Positions 12,461-24,200 of a stretch of 64,000 bases of DNA are shown piece by piece. The position numbers and the translations under genes are program-made. Origin of the DNA: Raillietiella orientalis (Eukaryota); assembly GCA_036172245.1 (NCBI GenBank), contig JAYWIR010000016.1, positions 3,906,001 to 3,970,000 of the forward strand. The letters are read 5' to 3'. The notes beneath the pieces were generated by a model. That model saw only the letters and a program-made list of their open reading frames with translations, was not told where the DNA came from and searched no databases. The stretch's first letter is position 1, and each line of letters opens with the position of its first letter.

Positions 12461-12579
12461 GTCTCTTAAAACTTTAAAATGAACGACCTGCCGTGTCTTC
12501 GGTAAGCAGACCGGCAGGAGTCACCTCGGCAGCAAAGGGGAATGAGAGAAAACCAAAATAAAAATATATAAAAATCTTT

Positions 12580-13130
12580 ATGAGGTTCGGGAAGAGATCA
12601 CTGTCCGCTGGAAGGAGTCTGCATCGTTCCAAGATACCATCTAGGTCAGTCGAATAGGTCCCCAGGAGGGTCATCTGGCCTCTATCCGCAGAAAGCGGAA
12701 GTGCACACTCGATGGCGTCCCTCTCCTACCTTCCTCCTTCGGTTTCGCTTCAGGCCGCCACAATCTCGTGGATGCAGCAAAGTGCTGCTGGGGCTGCGGC
12801 TGACTGCAGGGAGTACCGACTGGGATCCGGAGGGTCCTTCTGAAACACTCCCACAGGGGCCGAAGGGCGACACAGTCCACAAGCAGGTGCGGGAGGGACT
12901 CCCGTTCCTTTCCCGCACCTGCGACAGTCCGGGATCGGCCTCCCCAGCGTCCAGTGCTGTCAGCGTGCGTTGCAACGAAGACTCCAGTGCAAGACTACAG
13001 CTGAAGTGCCGACTCCTGCCACTCTATGGGGAGGGCGCTGCAGTTCTTGAGCACTGGGAGCCACTCCAGGTCTTCTCTAGGAATACCGAGCAGCTCTCCC
13101 CAGCGCTATAGTCCTCGCGGATGGTCACCG
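12580..13130 (-). mobile_element. Tx1-like C-terminal fragment
   Basis: Finger region (PDCRRCG...) and an ALCCI-like segment homologous to 30.1-30.5 kb. Confidence 0.7.
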
Positions 13131-13149
13131 GGTAGCGCAGCATACTCAA

Positions 13150-13850
13150 GTTGCACCATGGGCCAACCCTCTGAAGGGAACCTGGAAAGGATCTGCTCCT
13201 GAATTTCTTCCCCTGAAAGGATCCACTCCTTGTTTCCACCTCTGAAGAGAACCACGAAGGGACGCTTCCCAATTTGTCTCCCTGGAGAAGAGAAGGTCTT
13301 CCCTGGAGGGAGCAGCTGGCTTCTGACACCTGATGATGTCCTGCAGCGAGAGGTGGTTGTAAAAGGAGTACAGCAGTCGCTGCCGCAACTCCGGGCACGC
13401 TTCCTTGTTCTGGACCCATGTGAGAAGGCTTTCCTGTAACCAGGCAGTACCGTTCACAGGTCGGCAGGAGATCTAGGTGTTCTCCTTCTCTGAGGAGAAC
13501 CCAATTTCTTCCCAAAAAGGTGCGATCCTTTGCGGGTTCCCTCTGGAGAAGAAACGAGTAGTGACCTCCCTTCTATCTCGGAGAGAATAAGGAAGAGGAG
13601 CCCTTCAGAGTTCCATCAGGGCGAGGGTTCCTTCCAAGTCCCCTATGAGGCTACGTGGAAGGACTGCTTCCTCCAAAGCCTTCCTGGGCTCGCCGGAGGA
13701 GAAATTCCAGGAGTGGATCCTTTCCGAGTTCATCTTCGAAGTTCCTCTCGAGCGTGAAAGGAACGGAATCCTTCCTCCGGAGTTCTTCCTGGGTTCGTGG
13801 GTCTCCTCCTTCCGAGATACCCCCATAAATTGAAGGGTTGAAGTTGCAAG
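13150..13850. repeat. Two opposed SINE-like fragments (13150-13325 minus; 13500-13850 plus)
   Basis: Family body motifs present in both orientations. Confidence 0.65.
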
Positions 13851-13879
13851 GGATCCGAATATCCGTAGAAAAAAAAACC

Positions 13880-14400
13880 GAGGGGGACTCGACGGGTCGC
13901 GGTGCACGTGTTGCCTGGCTGCTGGATGTTGCTTCTCGCACCCGGATTCGGATCTGCCGGAGATCCCGGTTATCCAGAGAGGATCTTTATTTTCCCCCGA
14001 GGAAGGAGGGAAGCTGGGCGAGGAACGGTCACCCACTGGAAGCGAAATCGCAACCGGTCGATCCTTCAGGATGAGCCCCTTTTGGAGAGCTGCGTGGCGA
14101 CCGCACCGCGCAATGCTAAGAACTCCCCGAGCAAAAATGCTGCAGTGACGGCTTCGTGACCCAGCAGGTCGCTCGGGATTCCGACCCGCGGACCGAGGAA
14201 CGGAAGAGGCAGCTTTCGTCGAGCAGCTCTTCCCAGGCAACTCCCTCGTGACTGCAATGGGAGTCGGTGCGCACGGAGGGCATCCCGGAAGGACGACCTG
14301 TTCCTGCGGGGCTTCCGCCGCCTTCCTCGACTTCCGGTTTCTCCGCTGAGGGCCTCCCCCCAAAGGACTCTTTCCCCACCCGGTGCCTGCTGGGTCACTC
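13880..14400 (-). mobile_element. Possible Tx1 ORF1 (RRM-like) remnant
   Basis: RVGIPSDLLGHEAVTAAFLLGEFLAL and LPVGDRS resemble Tx1 ORF1 patterns. Frameshifted. Confidence 0.3.
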
Positions 14401-14969
14401 TTAGGGAGATCATGCGGCTCTGCGGGCTGCGTGATTGGAGATGCGACCCGACCGGAGCCTATAGCAACTAACCGGAATGGACTGCCCGTGAGTTCCTGGT
14501 CCTCTCGTCCGTGAGGGAAAGGATGGGAGGGGAAAGGGAAAGTCGCCGGCAGCGACTTCTTCTTTCGGACGGCGGAGCAGGGAGTCCTGGTGGTTCCTGG
14601 GATGACGTAGATGCAGCAGATGGAAGGACCGCCATCTTCCGGAAGGAACCGACGTACCCTGTTCTCCTGTTCAGGACCTGTCGTCCGAGAGTGGTGGCGA
14701 ACTCGAAGAAATCTGAGGTCCTCCGGTTGCGTAGCTACCCCATGCTCGTCGGGGAGTTCGGAGCGGACGGCGGAAGAAAGCGAATCAACCTGCTGAAAAA
14801 TTGTCCCAGGGGAGAAGGCGGACGCTCACCGCCTCTGCGTGACAACAGCAGTGGCAGCAGCAGCTAAAAGGAGCCGTCCGATCTCTCAGGCTCCCCCCCC
14901 CCCCTACCAGCACTGCGCGGTTCCCGTGACCTTGAGAGGGAGTCACAGAAAGGGAAAGTTGTTGACCTT

Positions 14970-14975
14970 TTTATT
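14970..14975 (-). promoter_or_regulatory. Putative polyadenylation signal of the SPH gene
   Basis: AATAAA on the minus strand about 90 nt after the stop codon, followed by a U-rich stretch. Confidence 0.6.
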
Positions 14976-15061
14976 CCAGCTGAGGACGTGATCCTGCGTT
15001 AGCGCCCAGCCTTGCACCGGGAGGAGGCGAGCAGCCGGGCCGAAGAGGAGCGCCGGAATCT

Positions 15062-15232
15062 TCAGACTTCCTGGATGAACTGCTGGAGGAAATCCTGGTA
15101 CTCCCCCACGTCTGTGTACAGCTGGAAGTCGAGCTCCTTCTGGTAACTGCACGTGGAGCTCTCGATCAAGAGACCGGTTACGACGACCGGCGAATCCTGA
15201 CTCTCCCTGGCTAGCAGGGGGCTCCCTCCGAG
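15062..15232 (-). CDS. SPH exon 8, terminal (LGGSPLL...LYTDVGEYQDFLQQFIQEV*)
   Basis: Resembles the trypsin C-terminus (YTxV..Y.DWI), ends in TGA, AATAAA about 90 nt downstream. Confidence 0.88.
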   Translation of the reverse strand, partial: LGGSPLLARESQDSPVVVTGLLIESSTCSYQKELDFQLYTDVGEYQDFLQQFIQEV

Positions 15233-18200
15233 CTGGTAGGGGAAACGAAGGGCAGTCGATTAGGGCAGGTGGAGGAGGTTGACCGCTCGCTTGCGCCGTG
15301 GGGCTTCCGGAAAAGGGGGGGAGGTGGGGGGATCCGCATGGTGGAGGCTGCTGCCTTTGCGGAGCAGAGACCGAGTCAGAGGCGAAGCAGCCGCCACCGC
15401 CCCCAACAGAATGGAGGCTCCCCCGATAAGCTGCGCGCACTTTCGCTTTCCGCTGCAGAGTCCAGGCACGGGAACTCGTCGCTGCACGGTAGACTCCCCC
15501 TTCCCTCCTTCCCCCTTCCCGATTCGGCTTCCTAGCTTAGCGTCTCTTCGCTCCCATTCAGGATCTCCTCGGTCCCGCTCAAGAGAATACGTGGGAAGCG
15601 CGTGCCGTGTGCAGACCGGGTCAGCATCAACGGCTTGTCTCGGACCTAAGCAAGCGCAGGAGCTCAGGCTTCGATCCTGAAGACGCTTCCGACACGGCAC
15701 GCCCATGGGAGCACCAGGTTCACCAGAGCTGGCAGACCATCCCTGGTGGAATCGGCTCGAGGAGACTTGGACGAACCTCGCGACGGAAAAACTCCGGCTC
15801 CCCTTGTGTTCTCCGGAGCAGAGATCAAGGTGCAGGACCAAGAGCAGCTGAAGAGCCAAGACGAGGTCTGAGAGCAAGAAATGGGCTCGAGGGGTCAAGG
15901 AATGAACGAGCGCCACTGACGCATTGAACCGGTTCAAGATGTGCGCGCGGCACCAGGAGACGAGTTGAAAGGCAGTAGCAGTCCCGAATGTCCTTTGGGA
16001 ACATTCGGGACTGCAAAGAACAGTGCCGCAAGTGCATACGGGGTGAACCCCTTGAAACTGACCTCGCCGCGCTTCAGCAGCGAAGCCGAACTCCAGTCGT
16101 GCCAGTGTTCTTTCCCCCCCCCGCCTTCCCTTTCTTCCCTGTATTTTTCCACCGCATTGCTGGCCACCATGCCGATCGAGCGCGTGACGTCACAACCTGC
16201 GAAGCCGGAAGCGAGGCGAGCCGGTTTCTGGTGGCTCACCCTACAGTTGGCCCAACCCCGTGCAAAAACACTGCCCATTATCGTGTCGCACGAACTAAAG
16301 GCGCAGCCTATCCTCGTGTGCCCCCAGGAGTTGTTTGATTCTTTTAGTTTCCGGTTGCACGTCAACAGCACGGATGTCTCTGCACTGTTTGGAAGGAACG
16401 GTCAAGAAAAACGCAGACCGTTAAGAACGATTCTTCAAGAAATGCGGCGTTGGGCTGAAGGTCGGAGTCCGCAGAACAGAGACAGAGTTCAGGACTTGAA
16501 GAGGGAATCTTTTCCCCCCTTTTTTATGGAGAAAGCCTCTATTCCCCGATTTTATGATAGATTTCCTCCTGAATCTCTTGCAGCCAGGAAAAATGGGGGG
16601 AAAAAAAGGCAACAACACTGCAAGTTTGAAGGGCCGCACATATAGGAAATCGAAACTTCTTCCGCCCCATTGCCCGAGATGATGCAAACAAAGCAGCGAG
16701 GGGATAGGAGCCGAGGAATCACTCGAGATGGCGCGCATCCTAAATGGCTTTCGAAAGGACAGCATATGTAGGACAGTGCGCTGAAACACTTAAATCCCCA
16801 CTGCATTCTTCCGAGGTGTTTGGCACGGAACCCGCGCGGGTTTTGGCTCCTTCCACTGCACTGCCGGCGGAGACGGAGGACGTCGCCTCCGGCGATCTGA
16901 AAGCGCACATCCCTTCGAAAGCTCCAGACGACCCGTCGCCCCACGGGAGCCTGCCCTGGTAGCTCGGAAGGGACTTCGGAGCGACGCCCAGGGAGCGCTC
17001 CCGGAGGATGGAACCGAAAAGTGTGTGAGAGGGGAAACCCCCGCGCGTCTTCCCTCCCCGTCACGGGGGGGGGGGGAAGGCGCGCGCGACTCCGCCCCGG
17101 TGCAGAACGGTCGTTTCGAGAAACGCTGTCGGCGTCCTCTTCTCACCTTGCATCTTCTGGAGCTCTGTCCGGAAACCAATTGGCGCGTCTGGGGCACGCA
17201 CAGCAGGCCCTTGAGCCCTTCTCTGAACCTCGAGTGGAAATCCTGGTTCTGCGACTGCAGATTCAGGCGGCACACGTTCTTCTTCAGAGCCTTCGTGTTT
17301 ATCTCCAGAGCGTTCCCGTACGTTCCGTCTCCTGGAAACGGATGCTCCGCGTCACGTGAGGAGAGGGCAGAGTCGCGACGGCATTCCGTACGAAGTCGGA
17401 GCGCACTCGCTCCCTTCCCCCTCCCCTGACTGACCGTACGCGGGATCTCCGTAGCTCACGGCCAAATTGATGGCGCTGTCCGCGGCTTGGAAGTTCGGCC
17501 TGGGCAGGCAGGCCGCCGTGATCCTCTCCGAAAACGTCAGTCTCTTCTGCAGCTTCACCACAGCGATGTCATAGTAAGGGGAACCGGGAACGTATTGGGA
17601 ATGCACTTCCACCTTCTCCACTTGGACCTCGATCACGTTGACCTGGTCGACGGTGTCCGTGAACAAGTTCGTGTGCCCCATCCGGACGACGGAGATTGTC
17701 CTGGTCCGGGACGGATGGAGGAACCCTGCAAGTGCCTTTCGGCGTGCGTGCGGATGGGACTCACACTTTGGTGCAGTGGGCAGCGGTGAGGACGTACAGG
17801 TGGGATATGATGGTTCCTTCGCAGACGATCCGCACCGAGGTCCGGGATTCGTAGTACCCGATCGAAGCCTAGAAAGCAGCCGGTCACGGGGAGCGAAGCG
17901 ATGGGGGGCGGAAAGTGGGAGGGACGTGACGCCCGAGGCTGGGAATCGAAATTTTCAGAGTTCCGGCCTGGCGGGGCTCTTTGCGGAGGCGGCACCTTCT
18001 CCTCCTCCCGTGCGCTCCCGAAGCGCACCGCCTCGTTCGCGAACCCGGCAACCACCTGGTGGTCGCTCCTGCCTGGTCGCTCCCCGTCGGCTCACGAATC
18101 GGATGAAAGGCGTCCAAGGAAAACGCCGCTGATTAGCAGCGGAAGATGCGGAATGACCGCAGACATTGTATGCCACCGTTTTTCCAAGGTAACGAAAAAC

Positions 18201-21200
18201 AGCAGCCACCGTGCTGTGGCCCTCTGCCCCTCGTACGACCCTCAGGCAAGCCGGTGCCCCCTGCATGGAAAAGAAGGACTACTTCCAGGACTTGCGGAAG
18301 AAGACCCATCCAGGGTGGGACACCGAAATGAACCGAGTGCGGTTAGGAGAGGAAGAAAAAAATTTCGCATCAGCGAAGCAGTGAGGCATCTGCGGAAGAC
18401 TACCCAGGTATCCGTGGCAACGGGAAATCAGAATCGGGAGTCCAAGACCGGGGATGCGTACTTTGTGCTTTCAAACCGAAGGGAGCGTCAGACTTTGCCC
18501 AGGTAGTTTGCCGGGAAGAATTTCCCTGGGTGCCCTCGCAGGCTTGACCACTCTGGAACTTTGGCCATTCACTCGTGCGGTACTAATTGCTCATCAGCGA
18601 GAAATGACCTGCGGACTCCACAGGTCATTTCTTCATCGCCCGCAGCGCTTTCTTGAGGCCTTGTACTTACGAGCCAGGGGTTCTCATTGGGTTTCAAGGA
18701 CTGCCTGTTCGGGATTCCTTGGCCAGGAGGGATGAAGAACCGTTCCTCGAGGTCACCCTCCAGTCTGTCGGTTGTAGGATCAGATTGCCTTCCTCTGTAA
18801 CTCCTCCCGGCTTACTTTTCATCCTGCAGGATCACCGCGTTGGCGTTGGGGTCGCTGGCGGAATAGGACTCCTTCCACTTGTCCACGATCGGCTGGAGAT
18901 TCTCTGGCAAAGCGGCGGGGTCGTCCGCAAACAGGAGCGTGGAATTTTCGGGAACCGGAAGTTCGACGCTCCTTCTGAATCTCCTCCTCCCGCATACTGA
19001 AATCAGCCTGTGCAGCGCGCGGCCTGCCCATGGTTGAGGTCAGGAAAGCCCCGAATGGAGGAAGAAGTCAAGCAGCGCTCCCCTGGTGCTTCCTCCACGA
19101 GCTCTCCCCATGGGGACCGCCGCACACACGGATATCCCAAGGAGAAAGAAACCCCCTCTTTCTTCTGATGCGATCCCAAGGAGCCCTCAGCAAGCTGACT
19201 CTTGCGGCCTTGACCTCGTCGGGAAGGAGGATGGCTTCTTACGCCTTCCGTTCTCCTCCCAGCTCCGGCGAGATTCGCCTCCGTGCTCTCACACGTCAGC
19301 GGCAGGAGAGGCCAGAGGAGTCCTTGAAAGTCCTTGCAGCTTCTCCTTCTCCATCTTGATGAACCCAGCCACGGGAGGGGTTTCCCCTGCTCCGCGGCGA
19401 GCATCCTGCAGCTCTTCCCACAGGAGCGCAGCTGCCAGCGGATCGATGGCGGTCGAAACCGGGACCGGTCTCCCCGCTTCTTGTGTCTGACCTTAGCCAC
19501 TGCGAGTGCCCAGAGCGCGTCACCCAGGTCCTAGGAAGTGAAACGCAGGATGCCGCACACGACTCCACACTTGACCTCTTCCCGGGTAAAGAGGCGACCG
19601 CGAGCAGCCTGTGGTTCTCGATTCCACCTCTGAAGCCGTGCTTTGGGTCTGTCGTGGGTTTCGAGTGGTCCCGCAGGACGGCGCCGGTTGGTTTTCGGGT
19701 GCCGCACTGGTGGAAGCAGCCGGAAACCAGATGTCCCCGTCGACTGGTAGGGATGGAAGTCGACCCTCCAGGGGTCTTTCCAGGACATCAAGGAGCCCTC
19801 CGGGGTTCTCCTCCGGTTGTACAAATGGAGCTCTTCAACGCGTCCCGTAGAGCTGATCAATCTCCCCTGCCTCCCCTGAGGGGGTTGCCCCTCCAGAGTG
19901 CAAGAAGCGCGCCGGAAGAAGCGCCCTTCAGAGAAATCCGGGAGCGTCCCTCCGGGGTTCTCTTCAGAGGAGGAAACCAGAAGCTGTTTCCGTGCGGGTT
20001 CCCTCCAGAGAAGGAATTTAGGAGCGGATCCTTTCGGGGGTCTCTTCGGGAAAGAAATTCAGAAGCGCCTTACCCTCCAAACCAGGGGGGGTCTCTCCAC
20101 TGAGAACACGAAAGAGGCTCCCTTCGAGGTTCCCTTCAGAGACAACTTTGAGGGAGTAGGGCGTAGAAAGCTCTCTTGAAAATAGGGAGGCTTCTCCAAG
20201 ATGGGACCGACCCCTGAGGGACCGGGCAGGACGCGTTGCGGGTTTCAAGCCTCGCTCATGACGACACTAGAATGGCCTCCAGGCGTCGGGGATGCGCGCA
20301 TTCGCGGAACGCGCTCCTGGCTCCACGTGCATTTCGAGTGAAGGAGGTGGACTGCAGCCAAAAAAAAGAAAAATGCGTTTCCATGGCATCCCTTCGTAAT
20401 GCAAATAACCTCTGCACGGTGTCCAATCTCTTTCACGGGAACAAAGGGCGTGCTATCTTGATTGGTGTTCTGCTATCTTGGAACCCAGAGCATCACGGAG
20501 CACCGAGTCACTTAAGTGTTCCGCAGCTGCGTGCCGAGGAAATATCAGGACGCGTCTCTGGACGTGTCAACTGGGACATCCACTTTGCGATGCCTGCGAT
20601 TCCATAGATCACCTTGGAGTCCACCCTGATGGGCGGCGTCCTCCACGGAAGAATCCCCCCTCCCCCATGGCATCCGATTCCTCATGAAAAGAGAAAGGAG
20701 AGGCCTCACACACGCACGCGCATCAGCTCGTGGAGACCACTCTGAAAGCGTCCCTCACGTATTCCCTTTTCCAAAGCGGCGTGATGGGTTCAAAGCCTCA
20801 CGGCTAGAGGGCCGGTCGAGCTGCGCGGTCGTCTTCCAGAACATGGAGAGAGAGTCGAGACTGGGAATGCGGGATGTACCTCCCCCCGTATACCGGGTGG
20901 TTTCAGAAGAGAACCCTTTCTCCCTGAGGCTACGCTGAAAATGGATGCTGCTGGCACTTACTTTGGTTTATGTTTGGATACGTCGGTCTCTCTGTCGAAA
21001 CAGGCGGGAGCGGCCTCGGGTAGGGGCCTGGCCTGGGGCCTGGCCTGAGGCCTGGATATGAACCTCCTGGAACGAAACGTGCGAGCCGTGATCACCTGGA
21101 CGACGCCATCAGGGATGAGAGAGAGCACATCGCGCGCATGAGCGGGAAGAGGAACCGCGAGGATTCAATCGCTTCGAGCGCACGACTCCGCGGCACCCAA

Positions 21201-24200
21201 CTGGAGGTCTTCCTGGTCCGGAATCGGCAGACCTGGGAACGCACGGAGGTCAGGTCAGGCCGGTGCGCGCTTCCGGAAAGGGGGAGGGGGATGTCTGGCG
21301 CAGACGCAGAAGTGCCACCTTCTCCGACCCCGGTCTTGTCGCAGGTCGCTAGCGTCTTCGTGACGGTGGAGCGGCGGCCTTGTCCTCTCATCCTCCCTGC
21401 GAGGATCCGGTGCCCCTGGCAACGGCGTGAGCGGGTCGAACCCGACAGCTCTCCTCGCTCCGTTCCGAGCCTCGCGCGAACCGGCGTGAACCGAATGCCC
21501 GGAAGCCACCGAAGCGACCGGACCGCTGGCTGATCAAAGATGGCCACCCTTCGCGTCGCAAGCTCGGGCTCTTTCTTTCCCTCGGAAAGCAGCGCCTCTG
21601 CGACCCCTTCGGCGTGGTTCAAGAGGATGGGAAGCTGCGAAGATGAAGTACCGAAAGCGAAAATGCTCTTCTGGAAAAGGAGAAGACAGGGTTGGTCCTT
21701 TCGGAAAGATTCCAAAAGAGCATGAGGGACGTGTAGGGGAATCCACAGCTACCCCCCACCCTCCTCGCGCATTCCTTTCGACGCTGGAAATCCCTCATCC
21801 AGGAGATCATGGCAGCTCCCGTGAGAGGACCAAGTCCGTATGAGAGAGCTTGATTGCGCAGCACGCGCGCCTCGATGGATCGCGAGGAGCCATCGGACGA
21901 TCGTCTCGCGCTGCGAGTCAGCGGGGTGCGTCGGCGCCCCGGAAACTGGAATCGAAAGCTGGATCAGCTCACCTGTCGAGCAGCAGATGACGGGGAGGAT
22001 CTCGGTCCAGGAGCAAATAGGAGGGAACAACCCTTGGTAGAGTATCTCTTGGAATCCCGGACATTGGGTGAGCCAGGTGCAGTACCCGTACTGGTTCCCG
22101 AATGTGTTGCAGAACTGGCGGCGGGGGTGATAGCCGTAGGTGAGCTGCTTGTTCTCGTCCGTCGCGTTCAGGGAGGTGAAAGGGTTGCCGGCTGAAACCA
22201 CGGGCGGTCAGTGGGGAGGGGCCAACGCCGCAGCGGTACGGGGCTTTACCACTGCTCTGGAGCTGCAGGTTCAAGCCGACCGGAGTTTGGGGTGCAGCAT
22301 CCTTCCTTTCCTCGGACGGGAACTCGAAGCCACCTGAAAAGGGAAGCACAGGATGTATCATTAGAGGTGAGGGACCCTCACCCCCACCCCAGCACCCAAC
22401 AACGTCCGAGCAGGCGCGCCCCTGCATATCAGGGATGCACCCCAGGCCCACCGGACGCGTCTGCCCGGCCTCGTAAGGTCAGCGCAGGAAAGACAAGACC
22501 CATCTATACATATAAGTACATATTGTTATCCTGTATAAAAGTATATACATTACTGTATATATAAGCACATATTTAATCTGTGTATTAACATAGATATAGT
22601 GAGCATGTAAGTTCTTATGATCGTTCGAGATTTCGACGTCCGGTATTCCGGCGTTCGGGATTTTGATCGTCAGCGGCTCATCGAGTCCGCGTCCACCTCC
22701 ATGACAGCAAGGGCATTGAGTCTTGAAGTGGGACACGGGAGCAGCTTCAGGAGAGCGATCCCTCGAAAAGCTCTCCCGGTCAAAAGGGTTGGCGTTCAGC
22801 AGCAAAGGAATGCTCCGCCCGGATCACCGAAGTTTCCAGATCGTTTCGCACGAGCCTCTGTTCCCCTCGCGCTGAAAGTTTCCCTTTTCTTCTTCTTCCC
22901 GTCCCCGCAATTGTGGGGCTTTCCCCTGTTTCTGGCGATTCCCTGAAACCACCCGTGTTCTGTGCTTTCGTTGTGGCTCCACACTCCAAACATCTGAAGG
23001 GTGTCCCCTTCTTTCCAGAAATCTTCCGCTCGCATACCAGCCGCTTGCCGCTCTGGCCAGCTCGACATTGCGCACGCGCTGCCCTCTCTGGTTGGGCAGC
23101 AGCGACTCGTAATTCGCGCGGCCTCCACGAGAGGCGCTTTGCATGGGAAATGCTCCTTTCTCCTTTCCGATCCCTTCTTGCCTTCTGTTTCGATTCCGGG
23201 GCTCCCTCCAAAGGTCGGGCTTGGGGGAGACGTCCCGAAACAGGGGATCGGAAAACCCCGTTTCGGACAAGGGAGTACGGTCGCTTCCATCCTGACCCAG
23301 GGAACGAACGCACGAAAACGCCAGAGGACGACGAACAGCAGCCGCCGGGAAACGTTTCGTCTGTTCGTGCAAGAGGCGCGCCCTCTACGACGATTCTTTG
23401 CTCCTCGGTGCGCCGTTCCGAAAACAAGGCTTCAGGGGTGGGGCTGGGGAGGTGGAGGGTGGAAGCAGGGGGGGTCCGCTTCTGGGCTCGCGGCGGATTG
23501 CAAGTCGGAAGGGGTCGCCTTCCGGGTGTTTCTCCCGAGCACCACTTTTTCCCGATTCCTCAGACGGGAAGCCGCTGATCTTCGGTCGCGACGCGCCTCG
23601 CCCTGCCCGGATATTAATAGCTTCTTATTTTGGTCCACACTCTCGGGCAAATCAGGCGTTGCGAAAGAGTCGAGAGGGAATCTGCGTGTCCGATCCTCTT
23701 CCCCTCTGCAGAGCTCTTCCTCCGCTCGGCTGCAACCGAAGGTCAGTCTCCTCGATGGATCCGCTCCCGTAGCGGGCCAAGGTGAGCGGATTTCCCCCGG
23801 CATCTGATAAAGCCTTTCGTCTCCGGCGCAGGAGCGCGCGGGATCGCGCATTGTGCGCGCAGGCGCAGCTGACCACCTCGCCGACTGTGCACCGCCGTGG
23901 CTCGCCTCGAAAGCAGGGTTGCCTCCCTCCCTTCCGGACCCCGCTGGTGCTGCCCGGACACCATCCATGGATCGCGGAGTGGATCCATCCCTCCATGGTC
24001 GGCCACCAAGAGTGAAAAGCTGCGGAAGCTGCAGCGTCGCGTGGTGCACTGGAATGGTGCAGACGCGTGCTCTGCCTACCTGGCGAGCTTTCGTGCTGCG
24101 GTGGCTCGGGGTTTGACCTCAGCCCTTTGGCTCAATCCGACCCCGTCGCCACTTGTGGGCACACAGAAGGGTAGGTTAGCGGCATTGCGAGCCACGGTGA

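Noticed and set aside
15660..15745. GEPGAPM as an alternative last protease exon
   Set aside because: No trypsin C-terminal motifs follow. The 15062-15232 exon fits phase, motifs, stop codon and poly(A) signal.
17955..18266. RVVRG as the protease activation exon
   Set aside because: Phase-incompatible with exon 3 (immediate stop). Exon 18671-18764 fits exactly.
21023..21056. GGGCCTGGCCTG short tandem repeat
   Set aside because: Under three units, an ordinary minisatellite.
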